IMG/VR virus record: IMGVR_UViG_2740892280_000002
Span: 15,512 to 79,511 of that record
Origin: a virus
Lineage: Duplodnaviria > Caudoviricetes
Direction: 5' to 3' (one strand)
Length of the DNA: 64,000 nt
Shown here one piece after another: positions 17,236 through 25,959 of this stretch (position 1 is its first letter; the number at the start of each line of letters is the position of its first letter). The position numbers and the translations under genes were made by a program. The notes below the pieces were generated by a model. That model saw only the letters and a list, made by a program, of their open reading frames with translations, ran no database searches and was not told the origin of the DNA.

Positions 17236-17326
17236 GGGCGAGGGGCCGGGGATAAAACCCCGGTCCCACCGGATCTAAGAAGGTGCGTCACCCCTTGCCT
17301 AGATAATACGACCAACTCCCCAAAAT

Positions 17327-17902
17327 TCAAGCGTAGCCGACCGCGTCCGAGGGAATCGGTAGGATGATGAAACCGCAGTTCGGCTCCTTGTAGATGACCT
17401 CGGAAGAGATATCGCAGTCGCATTCCCCGTAATAGTCCTGGCTGTACGATATCGAGACCTCGACTAGGAACCGCTCGCCGATAGAGATCCCGTGCTCAAG
17501 CATAAAGTTGATGGCCGGGAAATCTATCCCATACCGACAGTCCCCACCGATAAGCCCGAGAAGACCGTCCGGACCTTCCGCAGCCTCATAGGCCGGTAGG
17601 TTGACGGCGTAGCGCCGACCGTCGCCGATAGGTAGCATATACGGGAGTTTCCCTAAGTCCCCGTCAATCGACGGCTCACCCTGATCGGAGATTGCTTCGC
17701 ACCAAAGCCAGGACGGGCAGGAGCTAGAGGAGGAGGCGACCGACTCCTGCCGATAGATCACCTTCTCGATAACCTGAGCAGGTGTATAGCGGGTAGCGCC
17801 GGGGATATACGCGGATTGCTCCAAGATCCTGCGAGCGACGTCCGAGAGGCGTCCTATGCCTGGGGCATAGATCGGGCGCTCGAAGCGCTTAACGGCTTTC
17901 AT
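17327..17902 (-). CDS. hypothetical protein
   Basis: AGAGG RBS before ATG 17902. Confidence 0.6.
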   Translation of the reverse strand: MKAVKRFERPIYAPGIGRLSDVARRILEQSAYIPGATRYTPAQVIEKVIYRQESVASSSSSCPSWLWCEAISDQGEPSIDGDLGKLPYMLPIGDGRRYAVNLPAYEAAEGPDGLLGLIGGDCRYGIDFPAINFMLEHGISIGERFLVEVSISYSQDYYGECDCDISSEVIYKEPNCGFIILPIPSDAVGYA

Positions 17903-18024
17903 AGGGTTACCTCTTGATTGGATAGGGGAAAAGGCTCGGCGGCGTCTAGGCACCTGTCCTAGACGCTTCTATCGCCGTTGCCGGTTCGTCAGAGTGAGGC
18001 TAAATCCGGTCTCAAGTTGGTTTG

Positions 18025-18297
18025 CTAGAGACCTTGTGTCACCGCCTCGCGGGCGAGTAGCTCGCGGATACGTTCCATTGCTGCAGTCTGGTTGTCGACG
18101 CCGAGGGCAACCCAGATTTGAGAGAGGGCGGTAGTCTTCGCCTGGGCAGCTACCCCGTCGCTCGTATAGCCTTGAGCCCAATGTGGCCGGAGTTGCTCAA
18201 GCGAGGAGATCTCCCGCTCGGCGTTTTGAAGCTGCCGCGCAAGATCCTCGACGTAGTCCGCCGGGTAGAAAACGACTGCACGATCGGTCTCTAACAT
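18025..18297 (-). CDS. hypothetical coiled-coil protein
   Basis: Overlap-coupled operon. Confidence 0.55.
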   Translation of the reverse strand: MLETDRAVVFYPADYVEDLARQLQNAEREISSLEQLRPHWAQGYTSDGVAAQAKTTALSQIWVALGVDNQTAAMERIRELLAREAVTQGL

Positions 18298-18518
18298 GGC
18301 GTTGTCCCGTCGAGCAGCTCGTCGAGTTCCTTCTCGACCTCGGTAACTCGGAGAAATTCGAATGGCATCGCGTTGTTATTCTCCCGCGAGAGAGCCAGGT
18401 CGACCTTTGCGTCGATCAGCCGGCTGATGGTCTCGGTAATCTTCCGTGTCCGCTCCGGAGGGCCGATAGGCGTCCGGTCGAGACCGTCGCTATTTGAAGG
18501 GAAGACAATGAGGCTCAT
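18291..18518 (-). CDS. hypothetical protein
   Basis: AAGGAG RBS. Confidence 0.55.
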   Translation of the reverse strand: MSLIVFPSNSDGLDRTPIGPPERTRKITETISRLIDAKVDLALSRENNNAMPFEFLRVTEVEKELDELLDGTTPC

Positions 18519-18880
18519 TTGCACAGCTCCTTAATCCGCTTGACTAAATCCATATTGGTCGCGATCCGCGACTTAGCGATCATCTGGTCGGCATGGTCCG
18601 GCGCCATCTTGTTGAGAACGTATTTCCGCTCGGTATGGGAGGCCGCTTCGAGCGCGGTAATCGCGAGGGCGAGCACTCCGAGCTTTTCCCGTTCCCGGTC
18701 AAGGAAGGTCTGCTCGACGATCCGGACAAACTCGGCGGATGCTTCGTCGAGCTCATATTCCGGGTTGATCTCGAAGCGACCGTCGCGGGTAAAGCGAACG
18801 ACCCAGGTATCTGCCGAGAAAGACAGGGTCCTCATATCGAAGCTCTCTCCGGCATCGAAATATCCAATTGTCTCCTGCAC
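18515..18880 (-). CDS. hypothetical protein
   Basis: GTAGCCAAAAACAGAAAAGGAG leader, GTG start. Confidence 0.6.
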   Translation of the reverse strand: MQETIGYFDAGESFDMRTLSFSADTWVVRFTRDGRFEINPEYELDEASAEFVRIVEQTFLDREREKLGVLALAITALEAASHTERKYVLNKMAPDHADQMIAKSRIATNMDLVKRIKELCK

Positions 18881-18927
18881 GTTGCTCTCCTTTTCTGTTT
18901 TTGGCTACGTTCCCGGCAAGGGAAGGC

Positions 18928-19572
18928 TTATGCCTTCCCTTCTCTTTCGTCCTTGAGGATGCCGGCGATTGCGATGATTTCGGCGAGGCGGGTCAGCTTG
19001 CCGTTGAAGTAAAAGAAGTGGCGGACAAAGGTCGTGCCGTATTCGTTGGTAACGTAATGGGCGGTAACCGTAACCGGCAGGCCGTTGAACATCCGAGCGA
19101 CGTCGAGGTTATGAAGGAAACGCTCTTTGCGCTCTTCGAGGGTCATTACGACCGAGGCGCGGATCTCTTCCTCTTTCGCTTTGGCTTCGTCCTTAACCGG
19201 AGCGTTGATCGGGGTTGCTTTCGCGAGGTCGCGGAGGTTCATCAGGTCGGAAACCTGCTGCCAGAAGTCGCCGAAGATCGCGGCGTGCTTCTTTTCGCGG
19301 ACCTGGTGGAGGTCAAACGGGGTTTCGTTTGCCGCGAAGAACTCGCCGCGCTCTTGGTGCATTTCCTGGGTCCACTGCTCCGCGCCGTTGTGCGGAGCGT
19401 TCTTGCAAAGACCGTCGTGGTGCAGGTCGTGGATATAACCGTAAGCGCGGTTGAGGTTTTCGAGAGCGCGTTTCTGAGCGGCCTTCGAAGCGAAACCGGC
19501 TTCGATCATTTCTTCAGCTTCGGCGGTCATCTTGACGATCTGTTCTACCTTGTAAGCGTTGCGGTCGGTCAT
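18928..19572 (-). CDS. hypothetical early protein
   Basis: GGAGAG RBS after promoter; phage-typical codon use. Confidence 0.75.
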   Translation of the reverse strand: MTDRNAYKVEQIVKMTAEAEEMIEAGFASKAAQKRALENLNRAYGYIHDLHHDGLCKNAPHNGAEQWTQEMHQERGEFFAANETPFDLHQVREKKHAAIFGDFWQQVSDLMNLRDLAKATPINAPVKDEAKAKEEEIRASVVMTLEERKERFLHNLDVARMFNGLPVTVTAHYVTNEYGTTFVRHFFYFNGKLTRLAEIIAIAGILKDEREGKA

Positions 19573-19614
19573 TTCGTTCTCTCCGTTTTGGCTATCGCCG
19601 TTTCGATGACCTCT

Positions 19615-19643
19615 TGTAACCGAAATCAGAAATAGATGTACAG
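19615..19643 (-). promoter_or_regulatory. early promoter CTGTAC-N17-GTTACA
   Basis: Same -35 and spacing as other cassettes. Confidence 0.5.
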
Positions 19644-19647
19644 TGAG

Positions 19648-19670
19648 AAAATGAACTTTATGTTCATTTT
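19648..19670. promoter_or_regulatory. palindromic operator candidate
   Basis: AAAATGAAC-tttat-GTTCATTTT, perfect 9-bp arms abutting the -35 box. Confidence 0.5.
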
Positions 19671-19873
19671 TTATCAGGAGGGGGGAAAACGTGTCTCCAA
19701 GCCTCGCGGCATCCGATCTCTTGCGGTGTTTCTTTGACGCGCCAGCCCTGACCGTCGATATCGATGACGGTTAGGACGATTGCGCCGCAGTCTTCGCTCT
19801 CGACGACCGAAACGATGTGGAACGGATTGAGGTAGACCGGGAGACCTGTCGTCGCAGAAGATAGCCTAAGCAT
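19664..19873 (-). CDS. FlbD-like small protein
   Basis: MLRLSS..G.PVYLNP.HIVSV....V.LT...G..WRVKETPQEI resembles the FlbD pattern. Confidence 0.5.
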   Translation of the reverse strand: MLRLSSATTGLPVYLNPFHIVSVVESEDCGAIVLTVIDIDGQGWRVKETPQEIGCREAWRHVFPPPDKK

Positions 19874-20084
19874 CGGGAGCCTCCGGGAACTCGGCCCAGT
19901 GCGTCGCGTTGACAAATTCCGTCGTCTCGGCAATTCCGACCGCGTAGAAGTGCTCGCCGTTCCAGAAGCCCGGAAGCGTCGTTTTGTTCCCGGCGGTTGC
20001 CGCGCGACCGATCAAGACCTGCTTGTATTGCGCCGGTCTTTTGCCGGAGACGACCGGTATCCAATTGATTGCCGTCATACTCAA
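19866..20084 (-). CDS. DUF551-like phage protein
   Basis: WIPV...RP, G.WNG, THWAEFPEAP. Confidence 0.7.
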   Translation of the reverse strand: MSMTAINWIPVVSGKRPAQYKQVLIGRAATAGNKTTLPGFWNGEHFYAVGIAETTEFVNATHWAEFPEAPDA

Positions 20085-20722
20085 GCTCCGCGCTCCTCGG
20101 CCTTCCAGGCGCTTTCGCCGTTCGGGCGCTTGAAGCGGGTAAGCTTGTAGCCTGCCGCCGTCGCGACCCGACCGAGGGTAGCGTTTGCGCGCGGCCAGCC
20201 GGTTGCTTCGGCGAGCTCGGCTTTCGTTACGCCTTTCTCGCGGAGGGCCAGGTCAAAGACGATCCGCTTTTTTGTCCCCGGCTTCGGGAGCTTAGGAGCG
20301 TCGGAGACAGGCGCGGAGGCTTTCGGGGTAGTCTCGGTCGGCTTGATAGCTTCTTGCTCTTCGTAGACCTGCCCTAGGTCCTCCTCGGCTGCGACCGAGA
20401 GGGTTTCCGATCCGATGATCTCGATTGCTCCGTCGAGGGCTGTTTCCGGCTCCGGCTCCGGCTTCGCGATCTCGATAAGGTCGCAGCCTTCCTCGGTAAG
20501 GATCACGTTAAGGCCGCCTGCGATCCCTTCCGAGATATCGGCAAGCTCGATCTCTTCGACCGGCTTCTCGATAGCGTCAAAATCGGCGAGCGCCGCGATG
20601 ATCCGCTTGCCGCCGGTCTTGCGGTCCGAAAAGCGCTTGATCGGGTCCGCTTCGGAAATCGAGTTGAAGATTTTGACCTGAGCTGTTGCCTTGACGTTGG
20701 TAAAGAATTCGAGGGCGTTCAT
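20081..20722 (-). CDS. DUF3489-like winged-HTH protein
   Basis: C-terminal PGTKK.IVFDL..REKGVTKAELAEATGW pattern. Confidence 0.6.
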   Translation of the reverse strand: MNALEFFTNVKATAQVKIFNSISEADPIKRFSDRKTGGKRIIAALADFDAIEKPVEEIELADISEGIAGGLNVILTEEGCDLIEIAKPEPEPETALDGAIEIIGSETLSVAAEEDLGQVYEEQEAIKPTETTPKASAPVSDAPKLPKPGTKKRIVFDLALREKGVTKAELAEATGWPRANATLGRVATAAGYKLTRFKRPNGESAWKAEERGA

Positions 20723-20886
20723 TTCGTCTCTCCGTGTTTGAAAATCAACGTTATGCGACTTTTACGGCGAGTCCGTGTAGCTGTCCATAACCAAAATTAA
20801 AATTAGTGTTCATTTTTAGATTTGCGTTTTTGGCGACGAATCTTTAGACAAACCACCGGCAAACGGCCATGAGAGAAAGGAATCAA

Positions 20887-21585
20887 ATGACAACGAAGAG
20901 CGCAAAGGTAGGAAGCTGGAGCTTTGAGCGGACTTCTATCGCGGAAGAGTTTGACGCCCACGTCCGCCGGCATCTCCCTTGGTATGACCTTCTTAGCGAC
21001 AAGGTCGCTGATATAGCCGCCGGGTATCTCCCGGCGAACGGCGCTCTACTTGACTGCGGCTGCTCTACCGCCGATCTCGCGATCCGGATGCAAGACGTCT
21101 TCAAGTCCCGCGATGCGAGCTACGTCGGCGTTGATGTTTCCGAGGAAATGGTCGAGATCGCGACCGAGAGGCTCGACTCCGACGAATACCGGATCAACTT
21201 CCAGCTTGAGGCGGTCGATGTTTTCGAAGAGCTTTCACGGAAGCCGGAGGCTTACGACGTGATCGTAGCGAACCTGTTCATCATGTTTCTTCCGCCGGAG
21301 GATCGCAGGTTCTTTATTTCGAAATCCGTTTCCGCGCTCAAGAGGGGCGGAATCCTGATTGTCGTCGACCGTATCGAGCCCGAGGGCGGTTATCTTTCGA
21401 GCGTCCTTTCCCGGTCGACAATGGCCGACAAGATGCGAGCCGGGACTCCGCTTGAAGAGATCGCGGCGAAAGAGGTTTCCCTAATCGGCGTTCAACGCCC
21501 GACCAACCCGAATATTTACTCGGGCTTCAAGCAGTTTTTCCAGTTCGGCGACTTTGTCGGCTACGTCCTCGAAAACAACTACTAA
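20887..21585 (+). CDS. CmoA-like class I SAM-dependent enzyme
   Basis: WSFE..IAEEFDAHVRRHLPWYD, LLDCGCSTA, GVDVSEEM, GGILIVVDR, K.SL.GV resemble CmoA. Confidence 0.7.
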   Translation: MTTKSAKVGSWSFERTSIAEEFDAHVRRHLPWYDLLSDKVADIAAGYLPANGALLDCGCSTADLAIRMQDVFKSRDASYVGVDVSEEMVEIATERLDSDEYRINFQLEAVDVFEELSRKPEAYDVIVANLFIMFLPPEDRRFFISKSVSALKRGGILIVVDRIEPEGGYLSSVLSRSTMADKMRAGTPLEEIAAKEVSLIGVQRPTNPNIYSGFKQFFQFGDFVGYVLENNY

Positions 21586-21655
21586 CCCGCACTATTATTC
21601 CCCGCGCTCGGGCGCAGCTTACCCTCGCCGCAAACGATAAACCTGAGGTTTTGAA

Positions 21656-22099
21656 GTGGTAGGAAAAGCAATAAACCCGAGCACGGGGAAGCGTGTCCGG
21701 ACCGGCGGGCGCGAGAAGGGTACACCTAACAAGACGGCGAAAGAGCTCCGGGACGCAATCGCGAAAGCCGGTCTTGTCAATTTCTATTCCCAAATCATGA
21801 ACGGCGAGCCGCTCAAGGTCTCAAGGCTTGATGTCCTCGCCGGTAGTCAAACGCCTGTCCCGCTTGGCTTCAAGACGAAGCAAGAAGCGAAGGAAAACGC
21901 TGTCTGGATCCTCCCGACAATCGATCAGCGGATCAAGGCGGCAGATACACTAATCAAGCGCGTCTTGCCGGAGCTAAAAGCCGTCGAGATGGAAATCGAA
22001 GGCCAGCTCGATAATCCTTCTGCCGGTGGCCCGTCCCTTACTCTTGTCCTCGCTCAACAAGAAGCGAAAGAGGAGAGTGAAGATGACGAAGACGATTGA
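21656..22099 (+). CDS. terminase small subunit (probable)
   Basis: RTGGREKGTPNK motif; upstream of the large subunit. Confidence 0.65.
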   Translation: MVGKAINPSTGKRVRTGGREKGTPNKTAKELRDAIAKAGLVNFYSQIMNGEPLKVSRLDVLAGSQTPVPLGFKTKQEAKENAVWILPTIDQRIKAADTLIKRVLPELKAVEMEIEGQLDNPSAGGPSLTLVLAQQEAKEESEDDEDD

Positions 22100-22523
22100 T
22101 TTCTATCAGGTTGGCTATCTAGCCGCCTCTGATGAGTACCAGGACGAAATCGACCGTCTTCAGGCCGATGTAGATCGCCTTGAGGCTGAAAACCGCTTCT
22201 GGACCACCATCGCCGGGGGGTTGCTTCGAGATCCGAAGGAAGGCGACCTCGGCGAGGCTCTTTGTCTCGTAGGCCGGACGAAGCCGGAGGCTTGGATCTC
22301 CGCGCCCGGTTCCGAGGCGCACTTTCCAGTCTGCCTGTCTTTTTCCAATTCGTCGGTGCCTGGGGAGGTCGCGCACTACTTCCATAAAGATCGCGTCGTC
22401 TCGAAAGAAGCAGCTCTCCGCTGGGTTGTCGGCGAGATCGTTCTCCGGATCGCGGAATTTACTCCGCTCGCGCTCCTCGGGCTCGTTTGCCTTCTTTGGG
22501 GCATTGTCTCGTTCGCCTCGTAG
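22083..22523 (+). CDS. hypothetical protein with coiled coil and C-terminal TM
   Basis: GGAGAG RBS; lies between terminase subunits. Confidence 0.5.
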   Translation: MTKTIDFYQVGYLAASDEYQDEIDRLQADVDRLEAENRFWTTIAGGLLRDPKEGDLGEALCLVGRTKPEAWISAPGSEAHFPVCLSFSNSSVPGEVAHYFHKDRVVSKEAALRWVVGEIVLRIAEFTPLALLGLVCLLWGIVSFAS

Positions 22524-22535
22524 CCAAAAACGAAA

Positions 22536-23975
22536 ATGCAGCTACAGCTATTCCCGAAACAAACGCTAGCCTTTACATCGCTAGCTACCGAGATCCTTTA
22601 CGGCGGCGCAGCAGGCGGCGGCAAGTCCCACCTGATGCGCGTCGCGGCGGTCGCTTGGTGTATCGATGTGCCGGGTATTCAGGTCTATATCTTCCGGCGT
22701 CAATACGGCGACCTTTTCGCCAACCATATGGAAGGCCCGAGCGGGTTCCTTTCCCTCCTCTCCGAGTGGGTCGAGGCCGGTTACGTCAAGATCAACTTGT
22801 CGGATAACAAGATCCGTTTCTGGAACGGGTCGGTAATTCACCTCTGCCACTGCCAGCACGAAAAAGACCGGTTCAAATATCAGGGCGCGGAAATCCACGT
22901 CCTGATGATCGATGAGCTGACGCACTTTACCGACAAGATCTATCGCTTTCTCCGTAACCGCGTCCGCTTGTCCGGTCTTGATATCCCGGCAAAGTACAAG
23001 GGCCTGTTTCCGCGTATCCTCTGCGGCTCTAACCCCGGCGGCGTCGGTCATACGTGGGTCAAGTCGACCTTTATCGACCCGAAGCCGGAGCTTGAGATTT
23101 ACCGCGCGTCGGACGACGAAGGCGGGATGCTTCGCCAGTACATCCCGGCGAAGATGTCCGATAACCCGAAGCTTGCCGAGGATGACCCGGATTACGAGAA
23201 GCGTCTAAAGGGTCTCGGTGATGAAGCGCTTGTCCGGGCAATGAAGGACGGCGACTGGAATATCGCTCTCGGCGCGTTCTTCGCAGACGTTTGGAAGCCT
23301 GGGCGGATTATCCTCCCGCACTTCAAGATCCCGAATACATGGCGTGTCGACCGGTCTTTTGACTGGGGTTCCGCGAAACCGTCCGCAACGATCTGGTGGG
23401 CCGAAACAGACGGGACCGAGGTCGAGATCCCCGGTCGAGGTCCGTTCGCCTTCCCGCGCGGGTCACTTATCGCGATCTCGGAGGACTATACGTGGAACGG
23501 AAAGCCGGACGAAGGTCTGCGCCTTCATTCGACCGAGCTCGCGCGTCGTATCAAGGAGATCGAAGGCAAGCTCGGGCTATCGCAGATGATCCACCCAGGC
23601 CCGGCGGACAACGCGATTTATGATGTTCAAGACGGCAAGTCGATTGCATCCGAAATGGAGAAAATCGGCGTCCGCTGGATCCGGTCCGACAAGTCTCCCG
23701 GCTCCCGTGTCAACGGGTGGGATCACATGCGCAAGATGCTCAAGAACGCGGCTCCGACCGATGAAGAGGGTAACGCTCTCCCGGTCGAGGAGCCAGGGCT
23801 CTGGGTCATGGACAATTGCCGGCATATTATCCGAACACTTCCCGCGCTCCCGCGTGACGAGAACAAGCCGGACGATATCGATACGAAGGCCGAAGACCAT
23901 ATCGCCGATGCCGCCCGTTATCGCGTTGCCGCGCCTAAGAGGTCGGTTACAAGCTCCAAGCTTGGCGGAACCTAG
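22536..23975 (+). CDS. terL: terminase large subunit
   Basis: YGGAAGGGKS Walker A, IDELTHF Walker B, SNPGG, FDWG nuclease motif, EDHIADAARY. Confidence 0.95.
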   Translation: MQLQLFPKQTLAFTSLATEILYGGAAGGGKSHLMRVAAVAWCIDVPGIQVYIFRRQYGDLFANHMEGPSGFLSLLSEWVEAGYVKINLSDNKIRFWNGSVIHLCHCQHEKDRFKYQGAEIHVLMIDELTHFTDKIYRFLRNRVRLSGLDIPAKYKGLFPRILCGSNPGGVGHTWVKSTFIDPKPELEIYRASDDEGGMLRQYIPAKMSDNPKLAEDDPDYEKRLKGLGDEALVRAMKDGDWNIALGAFFADVWKPGRIILPHFKIPNTWRVDRSFDWGSAKPSATIWWAETDGTEVEIPGRGPFAFPRGSLIAISEDYTWNGKPDEGLRLHSTELARRIKEIEGKLGLSQMIHPGPADNAIYDVQDGKSIASEMEKIGVRWIRSDKSPGSRVNGWDHMRKMLKNAAPTDEEGNALPVEEPGLWVMDNCRHIIRTLPALPRDENKPDDIDTKAEDHIADAARYRVAAPKRSVTSSKLGGT

Positions 23976-24211
23976 AAGTTGACCTTAACAGCCTCTAGCA
24001 CACGTTTCTTTGCCTCCTCGACGCCAATCCCGGCGAAGAGGGCGGCAGGCAGGTCCCGGTTGTTATAAAGCGAGTACCAGGAGTCCGGGTTTCCGATATA
24101 CCGCCCGAGGATTATATGACCGCGAGCGAGCTGATAGGTCCAATATTCAACGCCTGCGGCCGCATCGCGGGAATAGGTCCACGGGTCAATCGGCGTAAAG
24201 TCCGTTTTCAT
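23972..24211 (-). CDS. hypothetical protein
   Basis: End of leftward operon; GGAG RBS. Confidence 0.5.
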   Translation of the reverse strand: MKTDFTPIDPWTYSRDAAAGVEYWTYQLARGHIILGRYIGNPDSWYSLYNNRDLPAALFAGIGVEEAKKRVLEAVKVNF

Positions 24212-24488
24212 CAATATCTCCGACGTAATAGGCGACAGCCTCAAGAACGACCTTGCCGCGTTTGTGAATTATGCTGATCGGGTAATCCTTGCGCCTTCCG
24301 CGCCCTTTGATCTCTCGACCTGGGGCGGGTAGGGCTCGGATTTCTGGGAGGCTCGTATCGTATCCCCGGACAAGGTAGTGACGCTCTTCCTCGCCTTCGA
24401 AAACAACGCGGTAACGCGCCGGGCGCTGGCCCTTACTTGGCTCAAAAGTTACCGTCGCGGTTTTGAACTTGTCCCAGGCGAAGTTCAT
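24186..24488 (-). CDS. hypothetical protein
   Basis: Coupled overlap. Confidence 0.55.
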   Translation of the reverse strand: MNFAWDKFKTATVTFEPSKGQRPARYRVVFEGEEERHYLVRGYDTSLPEIRALPAPGREIKGRGRRKDYPISIIHKRGKVVLEAVAYYVGDIDENGLYAD

Positions 24489-24625
24489 GTAAAGATCCGG
24501 GAAACAAGGCCGTAGCCGATAACGACCGAGGCGATTGTAAAAAGACCTCCGAACATACCGAGGGTGGTCCAGACGATTGCTTCGATGGCCGTAAAGCTTT
24601 CCGTGTTTTCCGTATCCTTAGACAT
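24485..24625 (-). CDS. small membrane protein (46 aa, not in track)
   Basis: MSKDTENTESFTAIEAIVWTTLGMFGGLFTIASVVIGYGLVSRIFT; fills operon gap. Confidence 0.5.
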   Translation of the reverse strand: MSKDTENTESFTAIEAIVWTTLGMFGGLFTIASVVIGYGLVSRIFT

Positions 24626-25031
24626 GTGCAAACGAGCTCCGGAGACCGCCGAAGAGATCCGGCTCGTTATTCGCGGGCTCGCCGTATTGGAGGATCATCA
24701 TTCCGTGGTCGAGCGCGACCTGGATCATGTCTTTCGTTCCGGAATTACCGGGGAAGGCGACAAGCGTCGAGTCCGGGTAGCCGAAGGCCATTTCGCGGTT
24801 TCGGATCGGTCCCGCGCCTTTGCCGAAGCGGTCCCAGTCCGCCTTGACGGTTACGACCTGAACGCCGTTAGCGATTGCCCAATCCTTCGCAAAGGTATCG
24901 ACCCCGCGCGCGCCACCGTTTACGAGCCGGGTAATCGGTCCGCTTCGGCTTGCGTGTAATTTCGAGAGGGTTTCGGAGACGAAAGGACCGTCGTCGTAGT
25001 CACGGCCTCCGGTTACAATAACATTCAGCAC
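24618..25031 (-). CDS. SLOG family (YspA/DUF2493) protein
   Basis: VIVTGGRDY, NGGARGVD, ADWD..GKGAGPIRN, VAFPG..GT. Confidence 0.85.
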   Translation of the reverse strand: MLNVIVTGGRDYDDGPFVSETLSKLHASRSGPITRLVNGGARGVDTFAKDWAIANGVQVVTVKADWDRFGKGAGPIRNREMAFGYPDSTLVAFPGNSGTKDMIQVALDHGMMILQYGEPANNEPDLFGGLRSSFAHV

Positions 25032-25048
25032 GAAAATTCTCCTTTTGG

Positions 25049-25222
25049 CTACACGTTGGTCAAGTCATCGATTGCAATCGTTAGGCCGATAGAATCGTAG
25101 TCGGGTGTTTTGCTGATCTCGATTGCGCCGGAGATAACCCCGGCTCCGAGGAGCGTAAGAATTGTCAGGATCAGGATCGCTTCGACGATTTTCCCGGCGA
25201 GGTAACGCTTAAATTCGCTCAT
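25049..25222 (-). CDS. small membrane protein
   Basis: One TM helix. Confidence 0.5.
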   Translation of the reverse strand: MSEFKRYLAGKIVEAILILTILTLLGAGVISGAIEISKTPDYDSIGLTIAIDDLTNV

Positions 25223-25227
25223 GTCTC

Positions 25228-25500
25228 TTAGGCCGCTTTCGCGGCCATCCTTTCGCAATTGTCGAAAACGGCTTCAGCTTCACCTTGCCATTTGCTAAGC
25301 AAATCAAGCTGCGACGCCTCAAACCGCCCGTGTACTTTCGGCCCGGTCGTATAGATCCGGTCACGGTCCTCTTTGATTGCCCTGATCGTCTTTGCGGCGA
25401 TCTCGCGGACAGCGAAGCAGTTCTCTTTTGATTGAACGCCAAAGCGGAGCTCGCGGTATGCGTTCTCAAGGGCGACTACTTTTCCAAATATGCTAGGCAT
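25228..25500 (-). CDS. hypothetical protein
   Basis: ACGGAGA RBS leader as in other cassettes. Confidence 0.6.
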   Translation of the reverse strand: MPSIFGKVVALENAYRELRFGVQSKENCFAVREIAAKTIRAIKEDRDRIYTTGPKVHGRFEASQLDLLSKWQGEAEAVFDNCERMAAKAA

Positions 25501-25625
25501 CTCGTTTCTCCGTGTTGTAGCCATTTACCGAAGATTCGGGACGGTTGTCCATACCCAAAAACAGAAAAACAGCGCGGGGAGCGCTGCTTCTCTAAAATTC
25601 AGCTTTTGGCTACAGTTGCCGCAAG

Positions 25626-25826
25626 CTAATTGACGCTTGACCTTGCGAGGAGCGCCTCCGCGTCGCGGATATCTGCGCGTGCGACGCTAGCCATAAATTC
25701 GGTCGTCTCCTCCCTCAGGACACCGCGACCGGAAAGGATGTCGACAAGGTCGGCGTATCTTGTCGCCCAGGTTGAGAGTTGCCGAATGCAGGCCGCAGCG
25801 TCTTCGGGAATTGGCAAATTGCTCAT
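25626..25826 (-). CDS. hypothetical protein
   Basis: AAGGAGG RBS. Confidence 0.6.
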   Translation of the reverse strand: MSNLPIPEDAAACIRQLSTWATRYADLVDILSGRGVLREETTEFMASVARADIRDAEALLARSSVN

Positions 25827-25959
25827 TAGATCCTCCTTGCGTCCGGGATCGTCGCGTTAACGGCAGCGTTAAACGCGAGGTAGTCACTGTTTGAGAGGGC
25901 GAAGGCCCGGCGGATCAAAAACTTGATCAGCCGGAGCCGGAAGGGGTCGCGTTTCACGA

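Noticed and set aside
18868-19635. 255-aa plus-strand ORF
   Set aside because: Antisense shadow of 18928-19572, which has the RBS and promoter.
19653-19665. Second SOS box
   Set aside because: GAAC-N5-GTTC is an inverted pair with the wrong spacing for the alphaproteobacterial direct-repeat box; kept only as a generic operator candidate.
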